DNA of 64,000 bases from Nemertoderma westbladi. Taxonomy: Eukaryota > Animalia > Xenacoelomorpha. Made by a program: the position numbers and the translations under genes. The DNA is taken from NCBI GenBank assembly GCA_032718475.1, contig JAUCBJ010005946.1:1-64000 (forward strand). The letters run 5' to 3'. Of the stretch, positions 53,601 to 64,000 are shown piece after piece. Position 1 is the stretch's first letter; each line of letters starts with the position of its first letter. Below the pieces are notes generated by a model. It was given only the letters and a program-made list of their open reading frames with translations, had not been told where the DNA came from and did no database searches.

Positions 53601-56600
53601 AGGCGTGCTACATGTGTGTAATAAAGCAACCAATATATATGAGGCGTGCTACCTGTGCGAAATGAAGCAACCAATAGGAGGCGTGCTACCTGTGTGTAAT
53701 AAAGCAACCAATATCAATGAGGCGTGCTACCTGTGAGTAATAAAGCAACCAATATCAATGAGGCGTGCTACCTGTGTGTAATAAAGCAACCAATATCTAT
53801 GAGGCGTGCTACCTGTGTGTAATAAAGCAACCAATAGGAGGCGTGCTACCTGTGTGTAATAAAGCAACCAATAGGAGGCGTGCTACCTGTGTGTAATAAA
53901 GCAACCAATATCAATGAGGCGTACCTGTGTGTAATAAAGCAACCAATAGGAGGCGTGCTACCTGTGTGTAATAAAGCAACCAATTGGAGGCATGCTACCT
54001 GTGTGTAATTAAGCAACCAATAGGAGGCGTGCTACCTGTGTGTATAATAAAGCAACCAATATATATGAGGCGTGCTACCTGTGTGTAATAAAGCAACCAA
54101 TTGGAGGCGTGCTATCTGTGTGTAATGAAGCAACCAATAGGAGGCGTGCTACCTGTGTTAATAAAACAACCAATAGGAGGCGTGCTACCTCGTATGTAAT
54201 GAAGCAACCAATAGGAGGCGTGCTACCTGTGTGTAATAAAGCAACCAATATATATGAGGCGTGCTACCTGTATGTATGTAATGAAGCAACCAATAGGAGG
54301 CGTGCTACCTGTGTGTAATAAAGCAACCAATATATATGAGGCGTGCTACCTGTTTGTAATGAAGCAACCAATAGGAGGCGTGCTACCTGTGTGTAATAAA
54401 GCAACCAATATCTATGAGGCGTGCTACTTGTGTGTAATATAAAGCAACCAATAGGAGGCGTGCTACCTGTGTGTAATAAAGCAACTAATATCTATAAGGT
54501 GTGCTACCTGTGTGTAATGAAGCAACCAATAGGAGGCGTGCTACCTGTGTGTAATGAAGCAACCAACAGGAGTCGTGCTACCTGTGTGTAATAAAGCAAC
54601 CCATAGGAGGCGTGCTACCTGTGTGTAATAAAGCAACCAATATCTATGAGGCGTGCTACCTGTATGTATGTAATGAAGCAACCAATAGGAGGCGTGTTAC
54701 CTGTGTGTAATAAAGCAACCAATATTTATGAGGCATGCTACCTGTATGTAATGAAGCAACCAATAGGAGGCGTGCTACCTGTGTGTAATATGCTACCAAT
54801 AACTATGAGGCGTGCTACCTGTGTGTAATAAAGCAACCAATAGGAGGCGGGCTACCTGTGTGTAATATGCTACCAATATCTATAAGGCGTGCCACCTGTG
54901 TGTAATATGCTACCAATATCTATAAGGCGTGCTACATGTGTGTAATAAAGCAACCAATAGGAGGCGTGCTACCTGTGTGTAATATGCTACCAATAACTAT
55001 GAGGCGTGCTACCTGTGTGTAATAAAGCAACCAATAGGAGGCGGGCTACCTGTGTGTAATATGCTACCAATATCTATAAGGCGTGCTACCTGTGTGTAAT
55101 ATGCTACCAATATCTATAAGGCGTGCTACATGTGTGTAATAAAGCAACCAATATCTATAAGGTGTGCTACCTGTGTGTAATGAAGCAACCAATATGAGGC
55201 GTGCTACCTGTGTGTAATGAAGCAACCAATAGGAGTCGTGCTACCTGTGTGTAATGAAGCAACCAATAGGAGGCGTTCTACCTGTGTGTAATAAAGCAAC
55301 CAATAGGAGGCGTGCTACCTGTGTGTAATAAAGCAACCAATATCTACGAGGCGTGCTACCTGTGTGTAATAAAGCAACCAATAGGAGGCGTTCTACCTGT
55401 GTGTAATAAAGAAACCAATAGGAGGCGTTCTACCTGTGTGTAATAAAGCAACCAATATTTATGAGGCATGCTACCTGTATGTAATGAAGCAACCAATAGG
55501 AGGCGTGCTACCTGTGTGTAATAAAGCAACTAATATCTATAAGGTGTGCTACCTGTGTGTAATGAAGCAACCAATAGGAGGCGTGCTACCTGTGTGTAAT
55601 GAAGCAACCAATAGGAGTCGTGCTACCTGTGTGTAATAAAGCAACCCATAGGAGGCGTGCTACCTGTGTGTAATAAAGCAACCAATATCTATGAGGCGTG
55701 CTACCTGTATGTATGTAATGAAGCAACCAATAGGAGGCGTGTTACCTGTGTGTAATAAAGCAACCAATATTTATGAGGCATGCTACCTGTATGTAATGAA
55801 GCAACCAATAGGAGGCGTGCTACCTGTGTGTAATATGCTACCAATAACTATGAGGCGTGCTACCTGTGTGTAATAAAGCAACCAATAGGAGGCGGGCTAC
55901 CTGTGTGTAATATGCTACCAATATCTATAAGGCGTGCCACCTGTGTGTAATATGCTACCAATATCTATAAGGCGTGCTACATGTGTGTAATAAAGCAACC
56001 AATAGGAGGCGTGCTACCTGTGTGTAATATGCTACCAATAACTATGAGGCGTGCTACCTGTGTGTAATAAAGCAACCAATAGGAGGCGGGCTACCTGTGT
56101 GTAATATGCTACCAATATCTATAAGGCGTGCTACCTGTGTGTAATATGCTACCAATATCTATAAGGCGTGCTACATGTGTGTAATAAAGCAACCAATATA
56201 TATGAGGCGTGCTACCTGTGCGAAATGAAGCAACCAATAGGAGGCGTGCTACCTGTGTGTAATAAAGCAACCAATATCAATGAGGCGTGCTACCTGTGAG
56301 TAATAAAGCAACCAATATCAATGAGGCGTGCTACCTGTGTGTAATAAAGCAACCAATATCTATGAGGCGTGCTACCTGTGTGTAATAAAGCAACCAATAG
56401 GAGGCGTGCTACCTGTGTGTAATAAAGCAACCAATAGGAGGCGTGCTACCTGTGTGTAATAAAGCAACCAATATCAATGAGGCGTACCTGTGTGTAATAA
56501 AGCAACCAATAGGAGGCGTGCTACCTGTGTGTAATAAAGCAACCAATTGGAGGCATGCTACCTGTGTGTAATTAAGCAACCAATAGGAGGCGTGCTACCT

Positions 56601-57650
56601 GTGTGTATAATAAAGCAACCAATATATATGAGGCGTGCTACCTGTGTGTAATAAAGCAACCAATTGGAGGCGTGCTATCTGTGTGTAATGAAGCAACCAA
56701 TAGGAGGCGTGCTACCTGTGTTAATAAAACAACCAATAGGAGGCGTGCTACCTCGTATGTAATGAAGCAACCAATAGGAGGCGTGCTACCTGTGTGTAAT
56801 AAAGCAACCAATATATATGAGGCGTGCTACCTGTATGTATGTAATGAAGCAACCAATAGGAGGCGTGCTACCTGTGTGTAATAAAGCAACCAATATATAT
56901 GAGGCGTGCTACCTGTTTGTAATGAAGCAACCAATAGGAGGCGTGCTACCTGTGTGTAATAAAGCAACCAATATCTATGAGGCGTGCTACTTGTGTGTAA
57001 TATAAAGCAACCAATAGGAGGCGTGCTACCTGTGTGTAATAAAGCAACCAATATATATGAGGCGTGCTACCTGTATGTATGTAATGAAGCAACCAATAGG
57101 AGGCGTGCTACCTGTATGTAATAAAGCAACCAATATCAATGAGGCGTGCTACCTGTGTATAATAAAGCAACCAATATATCTGAGGCGTGCTACATGTGCG
57201 AAATGAAGCAACCAATAGGAGGCGTGCTCCCTGTGTGTAATAAAGCAACCAATATCTATGAGGCGTGCTACCTGTATGTAATGAAGCAACCAATAGGAGG
57301 CGTGCTACCTGTGTGTAATAAAGCAACCAATAGGAGGCGTGCTACCTGTGTGAAATGAAGCAACCAATAGGAGGCGTGCTACCTGTGTGTAATAAAGCAA
57401 CCAATAGGAGGAGTGCTACCTGTGTGTAATATGCTACCAATATCTATAAGGCGTGCTACCTGTGTGTAATAAAGCAACCAATATATATGAGGCGTGCTAC
57501 ATGTGTGTAATAAAGCAACCAATATATATGAGGCGTGCTACCTGTGTGAAATGAAGCAACCAATAGGAGGCGTGCTACCTGTGTGAAATGAAGCAACCAA
57601 TAGGAGGCGTGCTACCTGTGTGTAATGAAGCAACCAATAGGAGGCGTGCA

Positions 57651-57739
57651 ATAGGAGGAGTTGTGGCGGTGCAATTTTGTTGACAAGCCGGCACAGCATT
57701 CTTAAAAATGCAGCTGCAATGCAGCATGCCGATCCTAGT
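57651..57739 (+). mobile_element. RTE 3'-end fragment inside the satellite (copy 1)
   Basis: gagttgtggcggtgcaattttgt...gcagcatgccgatcctagt matches the reverse complement of ~13610-13693. Confidence 0.9.
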
Positions 57740-58159
57740 GCTACCTGTGTGTAATAAAGCACCAATAGGAGGCGTGCTACCTGTGTGTAATGAAGCAACC
57801 AATAGGAGGCGTGCTACCTGTGTGAAATGAAGCAACCAATAGGAGGCGTGCTACCTGTGTGAAATGAAGCAACCAATAGGAGGCGTGCTACCTGTGTGAA
57901 ATGAAGCAACCAATAGGAGGAGTGCTACCTGTGTGTAATGTGCTACCAATATCTATAAGGCGTGCTACCTGTGTGTAATAAAGCAACCAATATATATGAG
58001 GCGTGCTACATGTGTGTAATAAAGCAACCAATATATATGAGGCGTGCTACCTGTGTGAAATGAAGCAACCAATAGGAGGCGTGCTACCTGTGTGAAATGA
58101 AGCAACCAATAGGAGGCGTGCTACCTGTGTGTAATGAAGCAACCAATAGGAGGCGTGCA

Positions 58160-58248
58160 ATAGGAGGAGTTGTGGCGGTGCAATTTTGTTGACAAGCCGG
58201 CACAGCATTCTTAAAAATGCAGCTGCAATGCAGCATGCCGATCCTAGT
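58160..58248 (+). mobile_element. RTE 3'-end fragment inside the satellite (copy 2, 509 bp downstream)
   Basis: Identical insert and flanks to copy 1. Confidence 0.9.
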
Positions 58249-59066
58249 GCTACCTGTGTGTAATAAAGCACCAATAGGAGGCGTGCTACCTGTGTGTAAT
58301 GAAGCAACCAATAGGAGGCGTGCTACCTGTGTGAAATGAAGCAACCAATAGGAGGCGTGCTACCTGTGTGAAATGAAGCAACCAATAGGAGGCGTGCTAC
58401 CTGTGTGTAATGAAGCAACCAATAGGAGGCGTGCTAGCTGTTTGTAATAAAGCAACCAATAGGAGGCGTGCTACCTGTGTTTAATGAAGCAACCAATAGG
58501 AGGCGTGCAACCTGTGTGTAATAATGCAACCAATAGGAGGCGTGCTACCTGTGTGTAATAATGCAACCAATAGGAGGCGTGGTACCTGTGTGTAATAATG
58601 CAACCAATGGGAGGCGTGCAACCTGCGTGTAATAATGCAACCAATAGGAGGCGTGCTACCTGTGTGTAATAATGCAACCAATAGGAGGCGTGCTACCTGT
58701 GTGTAATAATGCAACCAATAGGAGGCGTGGTACCTGTGTGTAATAATGCAACCAATGGGAGGCGTGCAACCTGTGTGTAATAATGCAACCAATAGAAGGC
58801 GTGCTACCTGTGTGTAATAATGCAACCAATAGGAGGCATGCTACCTGTGTGTAATAATGCAACCAATGGGAGGCGTGCTACCTGTGTGTAATAATGCAAC
58901 CAATAGGAGGCGTGGTACCTGTGTGTAATAATGCAACCAATGGGAGGCGTGCAACCTGTGTGTAATAATGCAACCAATAGGAGGCGTGCTACCTGTGTGT
59001 AATAATGCAACCAATAGGAGGCGTGCTACCTGTGTGTAATAAAGCAACCAATAGGAGGCATGCTAC

Positions 59067-59328
59067 CTGTGTGTAATAATTCTTCCGTGGTCCGTTTGGC
59101 AGCTCCGCCATATAAATCCTCTCGTCTACAACGTACGTCATCACATCGGTGTTGCGTGCCAACAATCTCCCGTTGCTTATTAACTCGTGAACGGGAATAG
59201 CGACCTCTTCTTCGTCAGTGTGGTTTCCCCACAGGTATAGGATATCCAAGGATGAGTTGATTGACATCGCGTCCGCAATTAATCTCAGGCCTTTGCCGTG
59301 CAGATGGTTATATTTTAGATTCAATGAG
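59067..59328 (-). CDS. LRRC34: LRRC34 exon
   Basis: cacag|C SLNLKYNHLHGKGL...LYLWGN...NTDVMTYVVDERIYMAELPNGPRKNYYTQ|gtagca; resembles the recalled LRRC34 C-terminus (IYIWGN..NTDVEPFVVDGRVYLAEVSNGLKKHYY). Confidence 0.9.
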
Positions 59329-59596
59329 CTGTGAGTAAAATAAAAATATAATGTTACAGTACGAGGCGCATCACTTCCGAAAAATAAACGCACACAAAAG
59401 TAAAGTTAGAGAGCAACACAATATAGTGATGAAAATCACCTTACAGGTTTAAGGAGGTCTAACATCCCTGAGTAGTAAATAAACCGAACATCTCACTAGT
59501 TATGGAAAATAAATTTGAATATTTATATAATTTTATGTTAAAATCTCATGCTATGTAGTTAAGTTCTCTATTTTATGGTAGAGTGAAAATGGTGAT

Positions 59597-59897
59597 TATA
59601 CTTTAGATTAAAGTTACATTGTAAGGTTCGAGCCGATCTGGAAAAGAAACTCACTTTAAAGTAAAGTTATATTGTAATGCTCGCTCCTATGTGGCAAAGA
59701 GACTCACTTTTAGACTAAAGTTACATTGTAAGGCTCGCTACTATATGGAAACTAAACTCACTTTAGAGTGAAGTTACATTGTAAGGCTCGCTTCTATATG
59801 GAAACTAAACTCACTTTAGAGTGAAGTTACATTGTAAGCCTCGCTTCTATATGGAAACTAAACTCACTTTAGAGTGAAGTTACATTGTAAGGCTCGC
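59597..59897 (-). repeat. ~53-bp repeat, ~6 copies = LRRC34 exon end + GTGAGT donor
   Basis: Minus-strand unit cgagccttacaatgtaacttcactctaaa|gtgagtttagtttccatatagaag, decaying away from the exon. Confidence 0.92.
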
Positions 59898-60150
59898 GCC
59901 ATGTGTCCAGCGCCTTCATCTTCCATCCGATTGTAACTCAAGTCCAATATCTCCAGCGTGGTGTTCTTCTCCAACATGTCGCAGAGAAAGCGAACTCCGT
60001 CACGTGTGATACGGTTACAGCTGAGGTTCAGTTCCACCAACGAGGAATTCTCGTAAAGGCCCGCAGCCAATCGCTCGGCTCCGAAGTCGCATACGTGGAC
60101 CTTCATTAAATTGAGTTCCCGCAAAGTATTGTTGATAGACAACATTTGTC
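59868..60150 (-). CDS. LRRC34: LRRC34 exon (RI-like LRRs)
   Basis: ctcag|GQMLSINNTLRELNL...LNLSCNRITRDG...LDLSYNRMEDEGA...CNFTL aa|gtgagt. Confidence 0.92.
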
Positions 60151-60358
60151 CTGAGGTTAAATAATTGGAATCATTACTAGAGGATGTTACAAAACTAAAA
60201 ATAAACAAAACAAATATGACTACAAGGCATGTGTTGTGTAGTGTAGTGACACAATAATGTAGACAAGTAATAAATAACCACAATCAAAACTTGAATTAAT
60301 TAATAAATTAAAATTTATTAATAATTAAGAATTAATTAAATACTAAAGTTGTACAAAC

Positions 60359-60559
60359 CTAGGTGAACCTGTGTCTCTTCCTGTACGCTATAGAGTAAAG
60401 GGCGGCCTAAGTTAATGGATTGGATGCTGTGGTTGGATCTGAGAACAGTCGACAGAGCTATCATCGATTCCATGGTCAGATCGCACTCGTTTAGATCCAA
60501 ATTCACGAGACCGGAGTTGATCTGCAGAGCGCCGGCAATGTGCATTCCACCCCTGTTAC
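60359..60559 (-). CDS. LRRC34: LRRC34 exon
   Basis: aacag|GNRGGMHIAGALQINSGLVNLDLNECDL...INLGRPLLYSVQEETQVHL g|gtttgt; upstream exons not found in the window. Confidence 0.9.
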
Positions 60560-61870
60560 CTGTTAACGATTCACAAATGTAATCTACTGTAAAAGCGTTT
60601 GCGGACATAACATGTCATTTTACGCAATGCGCAGAATACTCTAAAACAGCCCTAAAATTGTTCAACTAAGCGTCGGAAGGAAATTAGAACCAAGATGACG
60701 AAATCTGTCAGCTGATTCTTTGTGTACGTGGAGATCTCTTTGTCCCAGCTTATTCAGCCAATCAGAGCAATCTTCCCAGTTATGCCAGCAGAGACCTACC
60801 TGAGAAAACTAGCGCATGCGCATTTAGTTATCGTTTTTCTGAGAATTAGATTCCTCTCAGAATTCTGTACTAAGTACGGACTTTTCAGACTTTAGCCCAA
60901 GAACATCTGATGGCTGGAGTTACAAGGACGTAAATCTATTAACGCATCGTATGACGACGCATAACATAACTACTTAATACGACGCATTGCACCAAACTGA
61001 ACTTCATGAACACATACTGACTGTTCACCGCACTGTTTTACTGCTATTTTATATTGTGTTAATTGTTGTTTATATTAATGGATGTTATATTTAGAGAATA
61101 CCGATAAATAATTGTAAACCCCCTCAATCTTCTTGATTACTGAGGTAAGCGGAGAAAGAGTTTACCGGTAGCAACTGCGACTTAAATTATAGTGGTTTTT
61201 GTGTGAATTAAATGCTATTTCATAATCCCTACGTGTGTCAGTTGCAATCCTCCTTATATATGATCAAAATCAGTGACGGTCGGCAAATTAGTGTGAATTA
61301 GTGTAAATTAGTGTGAAGTAGTGTGAAGTCGTGTGAAGGTTAATAAAGCATCTCCTAAAGAATGCGCTATTTACGAAACTCTGTGGCCATCTAGTTGTGA
61401 TTAGTGTAAGTCATAACTCTGTTTTTATACTTAAAGCGCCACGTCCTAAAGGAACTGTTAATATTTCCCCGAAAGTAAATATAGTTGTCAGAGATTATAT
61501 AGTAGCGATCAATCGAATAATACAAAGTAGCTTAAACCGAAATACTTCCTCCGGAACCCGAATCCAGTCTCCCACACCGTGGGTCATACGCCGCGCACGG
61601 ACTGGCTTCGGCAGATGTAAATTCAGTACACCAGGTAATTGGTACGGGCAAAGTCGATTCATAATCAAAAGGACAATTCAAATTGGCAGGTTAAACTGCT
61701 AAAGGTCTGAAAGCGCGAACATCTACTGTACCATAAAAGGGCCAACCCAACCTTGTAGAACAGATATCCACTATAAATTATAAAGTGCTTTAAAAATATA
61801 AATATATATTAAATATATATATTATATAAAATAAATATTGCTTATCATTTTGAGCACCATTCCCAGAAAA

Positions 61871-64000
61871 GCTAGCCTTTTCACTTCGTGCAGAAATGCT
61901 GGTTTACGTGGGTAGCCTTTATACTTCACAAAGAAATACTTGTTTATGTGGGTAGCCTTTATACTTCACAAAGAAATGCTGGTTTACGTGGGTAGCCTTT
62001 ATACTTCACAAAGAAATACTGGTTTACGTGGGTAGCCTTTATACTTCACAAAGAAATACTGGTTTATGTGGGTAGCCTTTATACTTCACAAAGAAATACT
62101 GGTTTACGTGGGTAGCTGTTATACTTCACAAAGAAATACTGGTTTAAGTGGGTAGCCTTTATATTTCACAAAGAAATACTGGTTTACGTGGGTAGCCTTT
62201 ATACTTCACAAAGAAATACTGGTTTATGTGGGTAGCCTTTATACTTCACAAAGAAATACTGGTTTACGTGGGTAGCCTTTATACTTCACAAAGAAATACT
62301 GGTTTACGTGGGTAGCCATTATACTTCACAAAGAAATACTGGTTTACGTGGGTAGCCTTTATACTTCACAAAGAAATGCTGGTTTACGTGGGTAGCCTTT
62401 ATACTTCACAAAGAAATACTGGTTTATGTGGGTAGCCTTTATACTTCACAAAGAAATACTGGTTTACGTGGGTAGCCTTTATACTTCACAAAGAAATGCT
62501 GGTTTACGTGGGTAGCCTTTATACTTCACAAAGAAATACTGGTTTATGTGGGTAGCGTTTATACTTCACAAATAAATACTGGTTTACGTGGGTAGCCTTT
62601 ATACTTCACAAAGAAATACTGGTTTATGTGGGTAGCCTTTATACTTCACAAAGAAATACTGGTTTACGTGGGTAGCCTTTATACTTCACAAAGAAATACT
62701 GGTTTACGTGGGGAGCCTTTATACTTCACAAAGAAATACTGGTTTACGTGGGTAGCCTTTATACTTCACAAAGAAATGCTGGTTTACGTGGGTAGCCTTT
62801 ATACTTCACAAAGAAATACTGGTTTATGTGGGTAGCCTTTATACTTCACAAAGAAATACTGGTTTACGTGGGTAGCCTTTATACTTCACAAAGAAATGCT
62901 GGTTTACGTGGGTAGCCTTTATACTTCACAAATAAATGCTGGTTTACGTGGGTAGCCTTTATACTTCACAAAGAAATACTGGTTTACATGGGTGGCCTTT
63001 ATACTTCACAAAGAAATGCTGGTTTACGTGGCTAGCCTTTATACTTCCCAAATAAATGCTGGTTTACATAGGTAGTCTTTATACTTGATAAAGAAATACT
63101 GGTTTACGTGGGTAGCCTTTATACTTCACAAAGAAATGACGGTTTACGTGGGTGGCCTTAATACTTCACAAAGAAATGCTGGTTTACGTGGGTAGCCTTT
63201 ATACTTCACAAAGAAATGCTGGTTTACGTGGGTAGCCTTTATACTTCATAAAGAAATGACGGTTTACGTGGGTGGCCTTTATACTGTACTTCACAAAGAA
63301 ATACTGGTTTACATGGGTGGCCTTTATACTTCACAAAGAAATGCTGGTTTACGTGGGTAGCCTTTATACTTCACAAATAAATGCTGGTTTATGTGGGTAG
63401 CCTTTATACTTCACAAAGAAATACTGGTTTATGTGGGTAGCCTTTATACTTCACAAAGAAATGCTGGTTTACGTGGGTAGCCTTTATACTTCACAACGAA
63501 ATACTGGTTTACGTGGGTAGCCTTTATACTTCACAAAGAAATACTGGTTTACGTGGGTAGCCTTTATACTTCACAAAGAAATGCTGGTTTACGTGGGTAG
63601 CCTTTATACTTCACAAAGAAATGCTGGTTTACGTGGGTAGCCTTTATACTTCACAACGAAATACTGGTTTACGTGGGTAGCCTTTATACTTCACAAAGAA
63701 ATGCTGGGTTATGTGGGTAGCCTTTATACTTCACAAAGAAATGCTGGTTTACGTGGGTAGCCTTTATACTTCACAACGAAATACTGGTTTACGAGGGTAG
63801 CCTTTATACTTCACAAAGAAATGCTGGTTTACGTGGGTAGCCTTTATACTTCACAAAGAAATACTAGTTTACGTGGGTAGCCTTTATACTTCACAACGAA
63901 ATACTGGTTTACGTGGGTAGCCTTTATACTTCACAAAGAAATGCTGGTTTATGTGGGTAGCCTTTATACTTCACAAAGAAATACTGGTTTACGTGGGTAG
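61871..64000. repeat. 40-bp satellite running off the window end
   Basis: ggtttacgtgggtagcctttatacttcacaaagaaatact, more than 50 copies. Confidence 0.97.

Larger units (their letters stand above)
48217..59078 (-). repeat. 37/40-bp satellite (~280 copies) = LRRC34 exon end + donor
   Basis: Minus-strand unit attacacacag|gtagcacgcctcctattggttgcttt; the first unit is the exon end (YYTQ). Confidence 0.97.

Noticed and set aside
48096-59047. Many short ORFs (MKQPIGGVLPVCNKATN..., LLHTGSTPP...)
   Set aside because: Translations of the 37/40-bp satellite.

Overview
Repeat-rich eukaryotic (invertebrate animal) genomic DNA. It carries an apparently intact APE+RT LINE (42-3089), the large zinc-finger exon of a teashirt/tiptop orthologue (4418-6726), and a 7-exon plus-strand gene reconstructed by hand (16017-43230). 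That gene encodes a dibasic-rich propeptide, a bacterial-type lethal-factor/PPEP-like HExxH metallopeptidase, an ShK domain and an FN3 domain. Four 3' exons of LRRC34 lie on the minus strand (60559-47507). RTE LINE copies, tRNA-SINEs, MITEs and about 34 kb of satellites fill the rest. The main observation is that the satellites are not random: at least three arrays (probably five) are tandem amplifications of the last bases of an exon plus its GT splice donor, giving introns with up to about 330 copies of the 5' splice site. A head-to-head library adapter dimer at 12596-12647 marks a probable chimeric assembly join. All homology calls are from recalled motifs; no database search was run.
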